Shown here piece by piece: positions 1 through 12,908 of a stretch of DNA of 64,000 nucleotides. The stretch covers positions 402,938,001 to 403,002,000 of the forward strand of contig OZ024740.1 of NCBI GenBank assembly GCA_964016885.1, written 5' to 3'. The notes below the pieces were generated by a model. It was not told the DNA's origin, ran no database searches, and was given only the letters and a program-made list of their open reading frames with translations. Source of the DNA: Eledone cirrhosa. Taxonomy: Eukaryota. A program made the translations under genes and the position numbers. Positions within the stretch are counted from its first letter, which is position 1. Each line of letters opens with the position of its first letter.

Positions 1-254
1 ATTTTTAACAACTGCATGTCAAAGAAGTTAGGAATAGAAATGGGAAAGTGGAGATTTCAAGACAATTAACATTATGAGCAGGAAATAGTGAACATATACA
101 ATACGTGTGACGATACATACACACACAAACTCACACATGCACACCCGCGGTTATATATATATACACACACACACACACATGCACACATATTGTCGGTCTA
201 TTTTCATTCATATGTTCATATTCGCAACAACGCAGCACGCCATTTTTCATTTAC

Positions 255-293
255 ATGTATATGTATATATATATATATAATATATATAATATA

Positions 294-384
<91 letters not shown>

Positions 385-404
385 ATATTATATATATGTA
401 TATA

Positions 405-437
<33 letters not shown>

Positions 438-469
438 GTATATATATATATATTATATATATGTATATA

Positions 470-535
<66 letters not shown>

Positions 536-536
536 T

Positions 537-608
<72 letters not shown>
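255..608. repeat. (TA)n microsatellite, representative of dozens of TA/CA/TACA tracts in the window
   Basis: Direct reading; produces the spurious IYIYIY ORFs. Confidence 0.99.
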
Positions 609-612
<4 letters not shown>

Positions 613-653
613 CGAAACATAAGTCAATTGCATGAACTCATAATCCTTTATTT

Positions 654-709
654 ACTGCTATATATATTTCGATGATAGCCATTGAATGGCTATGACCTCA
701 TCAGGCAGT
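654..709 (-). ncRNA. Minimal type I hammerhead ribozyme in a TA-flanked cassette (609-772)
   Basis: Minus strand: ACTGC-CTGATGA-GGTCATAGCCATTCAATGGCTATCATC-GAAA-TATATA-TA-GCAGT; stem I ACTGC/GCAGT, long stem II, palindromic stem III. Confidence 0.85.
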
Positions 710-768
710 TAGTCAGTTCTTAGATATGCCACCTCTGTGTTTATGGTATTAATGGTATCAGAGCCTTG

Positions 769-828
<60 letters not shown>

Positions 829-829
<1 letters not shown>

Positions 830-1814
830 TAGTAGAATAATCGAGTATCGAAAAATCGGCGCACGAGTTCACGATAAACAAAATTCGATATGAGCGGCAG
901 AGTGCTCCATAATTTAAATAAATCAGAGCTATAACTATCGTTAAAATACCGTCACACACAGAACAAGTCTATAATCAACCGCACGATCGAAAATTTGCGA
1001 TCTGGAAGATTCGGGACACTCAGATAAAAAATCTCAATAAATCAATAAATTAAATGAATGTAAAAAGCATACCCGGACCCGCTAGGAAGATGTTAAATCT
1101 AGCTTCTTGGGTTTCTGTAAATCCTTAAACTGTTCTCTATCAGCTCACATAAAAATATATAAGACTTCTAGATATCAGCGGACAGGAAATTTACTTCTTC
1201 AACGAGCTTTGTCCAAACGAATGAAATGGCATAACCCAAGCTAAATACGCACATGGAATTCGGCAAGGGAGATAACCTCTACATCCGCGAAAACTATTCG
1301 GGAAAATGTGGAAATACACATATCGAATAAGAGTGCTCAATAGACATGTTAAAATAAACAGAAGCTATTCATCACTTAATAGAATAGACAAAAAATGAAC
1401 AATAAAATTAACTGGTCAATAGCTATGTCTAGAGCTAAATATAGTAGAATAATCGAGTATCGAAAAATCGGCGCACGAGTTCACGATAAACAAAATTCGA
1501 TATGAGCGGCAGAGTGCTCCATAATTTAGATAAATCAGAGCTATAACTATCGTTAAAATACCGTCACGCACAGAACAAGTCTATAATCAACCGCACGATC
1601 GAAAATTTGCGATCCGGAAGATTCGGGACACTCAGATAAAAAATCTCAATAAATCAATAAATTAAATGAATGTAAAAAGCATACCCGGACCCGCTAGGGT
1701 GATGTTAAATCTAGCTTCTTGGGTTTCTGTAAATCCTTAAACTGTTCTCTATCAGCTCACATAAAAATATATAAGACTTCTAGATATCAGCGGACAGGAA
1801 ATTTACTTCTTCAA
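829..1814 (-). mobile_element. Non-coding 612-bp tandem unit (about 1.6 copies), retrozyme-like, between TA tracts
   Basis: agtagaataatcgagtatcg at 831 and 1443, copies nearly identical; contains an HHR. Confidence 0.8.
1071..1207 (-). ncRNA. Large type I hammerhead with extended stems II and III and a UUGAAGA core
   Basis: GCTCG-TTGAAGA-AGTAAATTTCCT...AGGATTTACA-GAAA-CCC..GCTAG..CTAGC-GGG-TC-CGGGT; the second copy (1683-1814) stops at the core. Confidence 0.65.
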
Positions 1815-1902
1815 AGAGACATATATATATATATATATAAAAGACGTAAAATAAGAAAATTTAAAAAAAATTTTAAAAAAAATTAACTTACTTAAATTTT
1901 CA

Positions 1903-1982
1903 CTCCAACTAATTAGTTTCTTCAATGGGATAAAGACAGTTACGTAATGAACTGTTGAGAATTTCATTGCGTCATCAGGGAG
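1903..1982 (-). ncRNA. Type I hammerhead, extended stem II
   Basis: CTCC-CTGATGA-CGCAATG...CATTGAA-GAAA-CTAATTAG-TT-GGAG; stem III is the palindrome CTAATTAG. Confidence 0.8.
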
Positions 1983-2454
1983 ATCTATTCTCAGCCAAGT
2001 CTCCAGGCAATACGCGAACACCGGGGACTCATATAAAAATAATAATAATTCGGTAAATGGAACAGCTATCGAGGACTGGATTTCAGGCACTGAAAATTCT
2101 CACTGCCACTGGTCATATGGCCGATTCTAAAGAATCAATCACGTGACACAGAGGCTAGTCAGTAGGAATGGGATGGTAAGATGACAGACGCCTACTAACA
2201 CCCCCAAAAAATTTAGAAGTGGTTTTGGCAGGTTTGCTCGACAAATCAGTGATTTGGAGATAAATATAGATAATTTAATATATCTACTAACATAAGCGCA
2301 CAGATGTACGCTAATGCCAGCAAATACACAGGTTATGTCATAGTACCTAGGTGGTTCAATGCAGGAGGATGCAGAACAATAATATAAAAGACGTAAAATA
2401 AGAAAATTTTTTAAAAAAATTAAAAAAAAATTAACTTACTTACTTAAATTTTCA

Positions 2455-2534
2455 CTCCAACTAATTAGTTTCTGCAATGGGATAAAGACAGTTACGTAAT
2501 GAACTGTTGATAATTTCATTGCGTCATCAGAGAG
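2455..2534 (-). ncRNA. Type I hammerhead, second copy in the 552-bp tandem
   Basis: CTCT-CTGATGA-C-GCAATG...CATTGC-A-GAAA-CTAATTAG-TT-GGAG. Confidence 0.8.
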
Positions 2535-2593
2535 ATCTATTCTCTGCCAAGTCTCCAGGCAATGCGCTAAAATGCGCTAAAAATGCGCTAAAA

Positions 2594-4129
2594 ATTTAAA
2601 GAAAATTATAAAAGTGCAATAAAGTATTAAATTGTTAAAAAGTGGATTAAAGAGATTTATTGATACTGGGGTACCAGAATAAGTTCCTCACTTCCCAAAC
2701 CAAAAAGAAGTCAATGACTTGGTCAGGGATGTGGGTCTGACCAAGTCTAATGCAGAGCTATTCGTCTCCAGGATGAAGCAGTGGAACTTGGTCAATGAGG
2801 AAGTGCAGGTGACGAATCAGTGCAGTCGACACGAACCTTTCTCAGGCTTTTACACTCTTAGGGATGGCCTCTGCTTCTGCCATGACGTGCTTGGACTGTT
2901 TGACGTTATTAGGGTGCCGTTTCTGCCCAAGGAGTGGCGGCTATTTATAGACAGCTCCACCACAAGTTTGAAGGCTGTCCTCCTCCACAATGGAAACAAG
3001 TTCCCGACACTGCCCCTAGCTCATTCAGTCTGCCTGAAGGAAGATTACTACAGTGTGGAAGTCCTCTTGGAAGTTCTGCAATACAACCAGTACAATTGGG
3101 AAATCATTGGAGATTTCAAGATGGTGGCTTTCCTGCTTGGACTCCAAGGAGGCTTTATCAAATTCCAATGCTCGCTCTCCCTTTGGGACAGCAGAGCCAC
3201 CTCTGACCACTACGAAAGAAAGAACTCGGAGCAGCGAACAGAATTTGTAGTTGGGACCCGAAACGTCATGTGGGAGCCACTGGTTGTTCCCAGGATTGTG
3301 CTCATGCCGCCACTGCACATTAAGTTGGGGTTGATGAAGCAGTTTGTGAAAGCTCTCAACCAAGAATCAGCCGCTTTTAAGTACCTTCTTGAGTTCTTCC
3401 CCAAGTTATCTGAGGCCAAAATCAAAGGTGGAATTTTTGTTGGACCTCAAATAAAGGTGTTTGAGACTACCGAGTTCTCCAATAAGCTCAATAGGATTGA
3501 GAGAACAGCATGGAACTGTTTCAAGGTAGCTGTTAAGGGCTTCCTGGGCAATTACAGAGCTGAAAACTACCAGCAACTGGTGCAGGATCTGATAAAGACT
3601 TTTGGCGCCATGGGAGGCAGGTTATCGATTAAACTCCATATGCTGGACGCTCACCTGGAAACATTCAAGGACAATATGGGCGCCTACTCAGAAGAACAAG
3701 GCGAAGGATTCCACCAAGATGTGAATGAGATAGAGCGGAGGTACCAGGGCCACTACAATGAAAAAATGATGGGGGACTATATCTGGGGGCTAGTGCGGGA
3801 ATGCGACCTGGACTACAACCGCAAATCCAGGAAATCGAGTCATTTCTGACGTGTATAAGTTGCTTTATATGTGTTATTTGTTTTTACTTGTTTGCTTTTA
3901 TAAGCTTGTGTAATAAAATAAATATATACTCTGTTGATTTAATTATTTGAACTGATAAATTTTCTTAAAAATGTGTTTTTCTTGAAAAATATGAAAGTTT
4001 CGAAATATCAAACTCCTGACCACAAACCCAAACTTCTGATTAAATAATAGTGTTTTTTTATAATAATGGGATATAACAAACCTGTAAATAACACTTAAAA
4101 CCGGAGAACAAACAATATGTTACACGGTG
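2594..4129 (+). mobile_element. 5'-truncated Chapaev3-like DNA transposon
   Basis: Transposase followed by a right end ...TGTTACACGGTG then TTA (TWA-type target); left terminus not seen. Confidence 0.65.
2719..3849 (+). CDS. Chapaev3-type (CMC/Transib-related) DDE transposase, N-terminally truncated
   Basis: 376-aa ORF with WRLFIDSS, GDFKM, PPLHIKLGLMKQFVKAL, KLHMLDAH and SEEQGEGFHQD motifs. Confidence 0.8.
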   Translation: MVRDVGLTKSNAELFVSRMKQWNLVNEEVQVTNQCSRHEPFSGFYTLRDGLCFCHDVLGLFDVIRVPFLPKEWRLFIDSSTTSLKAVLLHNGNKFPTLPLAHSVCLKEDYYSVEVLLEVLQYNQYNWEIIGDFKMVAFLLGLQGGFIKFQCSLSLWDSRATSDHYERKNSEQRTEFVVGTRNVMWEPLVVPRIVLMPPLHIKLGLMKQFVKALNQESAAFKYLLEFFPKLSEAKIKGGIFVGPQIKVFETTEFSNKLNRIERTAWNCFKVAVKGFLGNYRAENYQQLVQDLIKTFGAMGGRLSIKLHMLDAHLETFKDNMGAYSEEQGEGFHQDVNEIERRYQGHYNEKMMGDYIWGLVRECDLDYNRKSRKSSHF

Positions 4130-4539
4130 TTATCAGAGTAGCCATTGGGTTTGCTTTGGTTTTTATTCTTATTTAGGTAATTAATGTATACAACATTTGG
4201 CTAATCAACTAATGAATTAATTAATTGTCAAAGTCCTTTCATCACTCTCTGTGACCGTATTGATGAAAATATCCCTGTTTCTCCTATTCGTCTTCATTTA
4301 CTTTTATTTTATATGGTCTTTTTTTTTCTTTACCGTCACTGGCTGTAGGGAAAGACATTGAAAACGAAATAAATATTTGTTTGGTTGAGTAACGAACTGA
4401 TGGATGGATTAATTACTATTAATTTTCCATACTGATGTATTTCGTTGTGGAGATAGTTACAACATTGTGTAAGCTACCTTCTACACAGAACACGAACGAA
4501 ACCCAACAAGGCTGAAATCATTATTAGACATCTCTAATA

Positions 4540-5035
4540 GTTACGTCCCTTTACGATCTGAGTTCAAATCCCGCTGAGGTTGACTTTGCTTTTCATCCTT
4601 ACGGGGTCGATAAAATAAAGTACCAGTAATGCAGTGGTTAATTGCTGGCCTTGTGCCTAAAGTAGAAACAATTATTAGACATCTCTCTCTCTCTCTCTCC
4701 CTCTCTCTCTATATGTATATATATATGCATACACACACTCACACACATATATATATATAAATAATTGTTTCTACTTTTGGCACAAGGTCAGCAATTAAAC
4801 CAGTATATTACTGGTACTTTATTTTATCTACCCCGTAAGGATGAAAGGCAAAGTTAACCTCGGCGGTATTTGAACTCAGATCATAAAGGGACGTAACTAT
4901 GCTGCAAAGCATGGCGTCCGACCCTCTACCGATACTGCCAATACACGCTAAAATATAAATAATTGTTTCTATTTTAGGCACAAGGCCAGCAATTTACCAG
5001 TATATTACTGGTACTTTATTTTATCGACCCCGTAA
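4540..5035. mobile_element. Three tRNA-derived Nin/Deu-domain SINE pieces (+ 4540-4675; - 4762-4945; - 4960-5035)
   Basis: B-box GAGTTCAAATCC followed by ctttcatccttacggggtcgataaaataaagtaccag. Confidence 0.8.
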
Positions 5036-5071
5036 CGCTAAAATAAAAATAATGATTGTATAAAACATCTT

Positions 5072-5382
5072 CGCCCACTTATTCCTTTGAAGGTCGTGGG
5101 GGAAGTCTCCTCAATCACTCCAGTCAGAAGTAACCGTCTTCAACTGATCCGGATGGATCCCCAAGCGAGAGCAGCCGAGCTCATGGATGTTATCCAACCA
5201 TCTTGCTCGGGATCTTCCCCTGGGTCCTCTACCGTTTGGTTTTGCCTGTAAAATCTGTCCAACAATTCTTTCCTGAGACATTCTAACCACATAACCATAG
5301 TATCCGACTTGTGATCTCTCAGAGAAGTAGCAGATCTACCTGGAGTGACTCTCTGATCTCCGAGCTACGCACTCTATCGAGT
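5072..5382 (-). mobile_element. RTE-clade LINE 3' fragment
   Basis: Minus-strand translation LDRVRSSEIRESL...YYGYVVRMSQERIV...GRGPRGRSRARWLDNI. Confidence 0.75.
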
Positions 5383-6008
5383 ATATAATGTACCAATGTT
5401 ATTAAACCATTAGGAGCTCGCATGAGCCAAATAGAATTACAACTATTACAACCACTTTTACATTATATTATATACGTATATATATATATGTATATATATA
5501 TATGTATATATATATATGTATATATAAATATATATATGTGTGTATGTTTGTGTGTGTGTCTGTGTGTGTGCGTGCCTGCGTGTGTGTATGTATGTGTGGG
5601 TTCACGCATTTAGCCTATTTTATTATACAAGTCTTTAGCGTGTCAGACAAGATGCAAAAAGTGAAGTGTCTAATCCATGGGATTTCAATCGTTAGGTAAC
5701 TTCATTTTTTATGTAACTGTTTCGTCATAGCCACGATATTCTTTCATAATTCCTTATAGTAACAAGTGTCTCTTTAAGAAGGAAAATTAATAAATACCAT
5801 GTATTAGAAAAATTCTTAATTGATGGCAATCCCCAACTCGATAAATTGGCTGTTCTTTCTAGCAAAACAATAACACAAATATTGTTAAAACGAATATAGA
5901 TTTTGATTTGCAACAAAATACAAACATGAAGATACATTAGATATATACATACAAGTAAATAGACATACACAGAGATAGATAGACACATACACGCTCACAC
6001 ACACGCAC

Positions 6009-6061
<53 letters not shown>

Positions 6062-6162
6062 TACTTCATAGCGGCCGAGAGCACCCTATTTTTCCGTCCT
6101 TAAGTGCCTTCACTCTATTTCATAAGCTATTTTATAACATCTCGGTGCATGGGCACACCATT

Positions 6163-6213
<51 letters not shown>

Positions 6214-6789
6214 AAACCGGCCAGAATTCTCTACCTCTTTCTGTTGAAACTGGCTGTAACTGGTCGCTCAAACTGATGTTAAGGTATTGTTCTCAAAATA
6301 AATACTTTCAAAATCTAATAGATTCGATATTATGTGTGATAATTATGTGAGATAAAGCCTTTACTATGAAAATACAATAGTATATATAGAGTAATGTGAA
6401 TGCTAAAGGGTTAAGCGATGTCAACATCCAGCATTAATGCAAAATACAAAATCCGAAAATACATTAATCCAAAATACAAAATCCTATATAGACTTGGTAT
6501 TTGAGATGCAGAATTAAATAACGTATTCTATGCTAAACGTATTCTGAATTTTGCAATGATAGAACTTCACCAACGACTATCTTTTTCGCTCGGAAGAGAA
6601 TTAGCTGTGATCTTATAGAAGTACATCTACATCTATAGATTGACTATATAAAACGAATTCTGTAACAACAGTTGGAATAATTCGAGGTCACACCTCATGT
6701 GAAACGATTGTAAGGGAATCAATGCGGTCCTTTGATGAAAGAAGATTAATTTTCCATTATACCTTTGTCTACATATATCACCTTGATCA

Positions 6790-6956
6790 CCTTAACCGAC
6801 CAGCACGTCGTGCTGTTTTAGCCATAAGATAACGCCATCCCACTGGCTGGGCGGGCAGGCCGGTACTCATTTCTACAGCTGAGTAAACTGGAGCAACGTG
6901 AAATAAAGTGTCTTGCTCAAGGAAACAACACATCACCCGATTCGAGAATTGAACTC

Positions 6957-6957
<1 letters not shown>
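6790..6957 (-). mobile_element. CORE-type tRNA SINE fragment
   Basis: catttctacagctgagtaaactggagcaacgtgaaataaagtgtcttgctcaagg resembles the MIR/CORE domain; second copy at 43313-43510. Confidence 0.7.
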
Positions 6958-7017
<60 letters not shown>

Positions 7018-7253
7018 GTACATATATATATATATATATATTTCGTTTCTGAATTTGTTTAGCAAGATTCTTTATCTGAAATCGTGTGTTGAAACCGATA
7101 TTGTTATACTTTGGGAGGGTCATGTTGCCAATAAGAAACACACGCACCAGTTGCTTTCACTTCAATTTATTATAATAAATTTATAATAAATTTATAAATT
7201 TATAAATTTCTGGTTGGTTGGTTGGTTCCACAACCAGATAGTTGTTTATATAT

Positions 7254-7298
7254 AGTCATAGTTCTTTCGTCACACACTCTGTGACCTCTTCAGTGACT
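7254..7298 (-). ncRNA. Type I hammerhead in the PLE pLTR
   Basis: AGTCA-CTGAAGA-G-GTCACA-GAGTG-TGTGAC-GAAA-GAAC-TA-TGACT, about 200 nt downstream of the GIY-YIG stop on the same strand. Confidence 0.88.
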
Positions 7299-7498
7299 GG
7301 GGATTCCTTTCTTTGTTTCTGTGCCTCTCCTTTGTTCTGTCCTACGCCATTTTGTTTCTGTGTGTGTGTTGTGTGCTCAGTCTGCGCATGCGCCACATCC
7401 GGGTGTCTGTGTGTGTTTATGTTCATTTATTTATTTGTTTATTTACATGTTACTGGTTGGTTGTTTGTTCTATGTGTGTGTGTGTTTTCATTTTGTCC

Positions 7499-7957
7499 TT
7501 AATTGTAAGTTGTGATGTTGCTGTTCCACTCATATTTTCTATTTAATTTTGGTTGTAATTCTTTTATGTTTATTGCCTCTGTAATTTGTCTAAACATTGC
7601 GTCTTTTCTGTGTGTAGATTCTATTTCTATTTCTATGTTCTCTAATTTACCCTTGTGTTCTATTTTAGCATGTTGGTAGAGTACAGATGATTCTTTACTA
7701 TCTTGAAGGTCTCGCCAGTGTTCTTTTATCCGTTCCCCTACACTACGAGCTGTCTCACCTATGTACACTATATTTTTGTCTCTACATTGTCCTTCAGTAC
7801 ATCTTATGCTATACACTACATTTCTAGTTTTACAGTTAATATGGGGGCTTATTTTACAGGTTATACATTTCTTATCTATACATGAGGGTCTTTGGAAAGG
7901 GTATGTCTTGCTAATAAGTGTTTTTACGGAGGTACCTGGTCTTTCTACTATCTTAAT
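7499..7957 (-). pseudogene. PLE C-terminal Cys-rich linker plus GIY-YIG endonuclease fragment
   Basis: IKIVERPGTSVK...CIDKKCITC...NCKTRNVVYSIRC...VYIGETARSVGERIKEH...QHAKIEH...RQITEAINIK...LNRKYEW. Confidence 0.88.
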
Positions 7958-8057
7958 TTATAAATTTATAAATGTATTATAAATTTATTATAATAAATTG
8001 AAGTGAAAGCAACTGGTGCGTGTGTTTCTTATTGGCAACATGACCCTCCCAAAGTAT

Positions 8058-8984
<927 letters not shown>

Positions 8985-9116
8985 GTGAGGATTTTTTTAC
9001 AAATTGAAAAATAACCGAGGTTTCCTACACGAGTGAAAGTATAAAGAAAAATAGATGAAATCGAAAATGCAACTGGAGTCTTATTTTTTTTTTAAATATA
9101 TATATTTATTTGGTTC

Positions 9117-9152
9117 CTTTACCGGTTTCGCAGTTCTTCTGCTTTTCAAAAG
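9117..9152 (-). ncRNA. Minimal hammerhead with a U3-A8 compensated core (cassette 8978-9210)
   Basis: CTT-TTGAAAA-GCAG-AAGAA-CTGC-GAAA-CCGG-TA-AAG; identical copy at 52721-52756. Confidence 0.72.
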
Positions 9153-9349
9153 TAGAGTTGAGATGGAGGGTCTGTGGTTTTTCTCACATCTGAGATGTGT
9201 AAAGGAACCAAATATATATATATGGTGCCCGAACACTGATTTGTAAGACTTCGCCAGGTGGTGGTATTAAGTTAGACATGGCCCGGGCCAATACTGGCCG
9301 AAACCTATCAAAGTTATCAAAGTTATATATATATATATATATATAGGGT

Positions 9350-10130
9350 GGATTCTCCCGTCGCTTATTGACATATAAGGGTTCTCAACAGTCCCCTCTG
9401 TTCATTTTTTAATGGTTATGCCTTAAATGGCACTTTAGTCCAGATGCTGATTTACACGTCAAGCTGCCTCTAGTTCGGATGGCAAGTCTTTGAGCAGAGC
9501 AAGATCGAATATGTGATCGGATCTTGGCTTTAGATCTTAGATCACGAAGATGGACCTGACGAGGTTTCTCAAAGTCCTTTGTACCTTCACGGCTGACAGA
9601 TCACTTCAAATGTAGTAAGAGGTATGCTAACAGATTTAAGATTGTATTTTAATTTCTATTTATATCTCAATGAATGTCTGCATACTTTACGTGCACTATT
9701 ATGAAGTTGTCTATATAACAGTACCTTGGGTCTGCATTCCTCAGTCATCCATATGACATAACCGGCCAATCTGAGTTGGGATTGCATTAGAAATGACTCA
9801 ATCGCACGGATGTTAAACCTCAGAATTGGGTAGACTGTCAGACAATGTATAACTAGAGATAGAGCGAAGACAATGTTTGTGGAAGACATTAAACTTATAA
9901 ATGTGGGTGCGATAAAGTGTGCATGACTCCGATCAGTACCACTGCATGATAGACGCCAACTTTGTTTTTCAGCGATATACCTCTGACACCCCATAGACGT
10001 TGATGGCGTATCCCAAAGCGTCAGTTGCTTTAGAGATGAGATTGACTCTCTAATCTTCCTGCCAGGGTAAGGAAAGGAGTTCACATACTTCAGATCTTTG
10101 CCATTAACAGTGATGGGAACACGGAGACGA
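9350..10130 (-). mobile_element. Decayed RTE (BovB-like) LINE 3' fragment
   Basis: SQLRLAGYVIWMTEECRPKVLLYRQL...LRYK; homologous to 58640-59240. Confidence 0.75.
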
Positions 10131-11551
10131 ATGCTACAAATCTATGACCTAACACATTTTCCGTTCATATACATGTACATAAGAGAGAAAGCGAGAGGGA
10201 GAAGGAGAAAGAAGGTTATAAAGAAGGAATAGACAGTGGGAGGGAAAGGGAGACATATGAGAGTGTTAAATATATGTATGTAGATAAGACTAAATATTCA
10301 CTTACGAAATAAAAAGCATGTTTATTAAACTGTATATCATTTCTCAAGGAAAGTAGGTAAAATATGTATTACGATTATGTATAGCTAGTTTGTAACTTCT
10401 AATAGATTCAAATGCTATTGCTGTGATAATGAGTTTGGAAGTTTATGAATAATAAATAAACAGAAATATTGTTTATCTCGCTCAGTCACTCACACACTCT
10501 CTCTATCCCCTTCCTTCTATTTCTCAAATTTATATTGTATATTTGGTTATATATAAACATGAGAAGAAATACTTAATGGATGTATTACAATTTAGTTATT
10601 CCTTCGAAGCTAATGATTCAAACTCAGAGTTTTTGTTACTAGCGATGATTCTTCTAGTGACAAAAAGATGAATAGAGGATGTTAGTTGGGGATAGATGGA
10701 ATAATAGCACTTTTCTCGTTGAATTAATCTCTTCTGTTTTGATCATGTAATAAGTTGCATGGTACATGTCGCAGCTGATGTAGGAGAGAAGGTTTAAAGC
10801 ATGCCTGTCATCTGTACAAGCCGGTTGTTGGTCCAGTGATAAGTGTCGTATTTTTGTTTCTAGATTACCGGATTAAATTATTAACGTTATAATGAAACTA
10901 TCATTGTAAATCCAAACTTTTCTCAAAGATTTTCGCAAATATCTCATCAAAGACTTTCCCCAAATATTTCACAAAAAAATATTTCAAAAAATATCAAAAA
11001 TTCCAGTAAAATTTATTGAACATAATTTCACCTAATTCCATAAATTTATCCTAAATATTTCAGCGAAAATTTTTCAGAAATCTAATAAAAAATTTATGAC
11101 ATTTTATCAAAAATATCAAAAATAAAAATTCATCATAAATCCTACCACAATCTACCTTTAAAAATTCTGCTAAACATCATTTAAAATTTCACAATGTTTT
11201 CTCAAATATGTCGACAACTTAATCATATTCATACACAAGGAAACGAATTCTGAGAGCGGAGTGCTGCACGTAATATCACCAACGATTTAATCCGATAAGC
11301 TAACGACTCAGCTTACTAAATTTATATTATAAATATCAAATACTAATTGCACTATAGTTCTGACGCAGTTTACTTTTTATTACATAAAGTAAATCGTAAG
11401 ATATCGGATTCCATTTTTAGGATTACAGTATTGAGTACCAAATACTATTTTTGCCATTATGTATTTGACCTTAAATTTGTTTGCTAAAGAGAAACATAAG
11501 ATACCCGTTTCGGGGTAATTCACTGAGATTTTTTCAAGGAGTATAATCAAA

Positions 11552-11610
<59 letters not shown>

Positions 11611-11752
11611 TAAAATAACAGATTAAAGTTTAAGCAAAGAATCGCTGCTTTCACCCTTAATAAATATTTGCTCTAGGGTTCTTATATATTTGATATATAT
11701 TTATCCTTATCGAGCCCTCTTTGGATTTTAGTCTTCAAATTTATTATTATTA

Positions 11753-11763
<11 letters not shown>

Positions 11764-11845
<82 letters not shown>

Positions 11846-11866
11846 TGTGTGTGCGTGCGTGCGTGC

Positions 11867-11938
<72 letters not shown>

Positions 11939-11952
11939 CTATGTGTGTGTGT
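11764..11952. repeat. (TG)n microsatellite
   Basis: Direct reading. Confidence 0.98.
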
Positions 11953-12016
11953 ATGCAAGATATCAGCAGATAAAAGGCCAAGCGAAATATGGTCAATCTA
12001 GTAAAAGAGACCTTAT

Positions 12017-12273
12017 TTAGTTTATATTAAAGTTCATACATGTACTTAACATGTATGCATGACCTTAGGTTTATGGGTCCAGATATGGCTACCATAGTAT
12101 AGTGGAGTAACCACTTTAAAACTGGCCTCACTCGTCAGGCGCAAGCAGAAATACACTTCACGAGAGTGGCCACTTTTAGAACAGCTACTCCACTATTCAG
12201 TAGTAGCAATAACTGGACCCCGAAACCTGCTGTCACGCATATATGATAAGTGTATAAACTTTAATATAAACTG
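12017..12273. mobile_element. Old palindromic MITE-like element
   Basis: agtttatattaaagtt...gggtccag...atagtggagta...ggcc mirrored by ggcc...tactccactat...ctggaccc...aactttaatataaact. Confidence 0.6.
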
Positions 12274-12709
12274 AATGGAACAGTTAAAAGAGTAAAAGAG
12301 TATATATTAACTTGTTTAGAAATTCTATTGTTTTACAAATAGATACCAGCTAATATTGAATAACATATACAATTATATTGAAGTGAAGGATTGTGTCTAT
12401 TTATGCTGACAAACCATCATCATCTCAGTGTCTTTCCCTTTCAATGAAAATTGTTTGTGTAGGGAAATGTCGGAAGGTGTTGATAAATTAGATAGCTATT
12501 AGATTAGCTTATCCTTCATTCGATCCGAGTAGCTCCGTATGCTCCTTTTACAGAGCTTATAATTATAATTAACGAAGAAAAAAACAATGACAAAAAAATG
12601 GGGTTTTTAAACGTAATCTATAAGAAATCTTTATTGTTTATATACACACACACACGCGCGCGCGCGCGCGCACACATATGTATGTATGTGTATATATATA
12701 TATATATAC

Positions 12710-12908
12710 GACCGAACTCAGCCATCAGGGTCCTCGATACTTAAAGTAGTAGAGTGGGTAATAGGAAAAGAGTCAGAACCCCGATGGCTGAGCTCCGGTC
12801 GTTTCGACAGTTAGAAACGAACTAAGCCAAAAGTATCCTGGCTTAGTTCGGATCTAGCTGTCGAAAAGGCCGGAGCTCTGCCGTCGGGGTCCTGACTCTT
12901 TTCCTATA
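12710..12908. mobile_element. Fold-back PLE-type tail carrying the 3' half of a hammerhead (family also at 41558, 46360, 47257, 54477, 59270, 62757, 63235)
   Basis: Family consensus AGCCGTC-GAAA-CGGC-TTGAGCTCT-GCCG-TC-GGGG; always TA-flanked. Confidence 0.65.

Larger units (their letters stand above)
1839..2570 (-). mobile_element. Non-coding ~552-bp tandem unit (about 1.3 copies), retrozyme-like
   Basis: aagacgtaaaataagaaaat repeated at about 1841 and 2388; related cassettes at 8268-8955 and 59400-60215. Confidence 0.8.
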
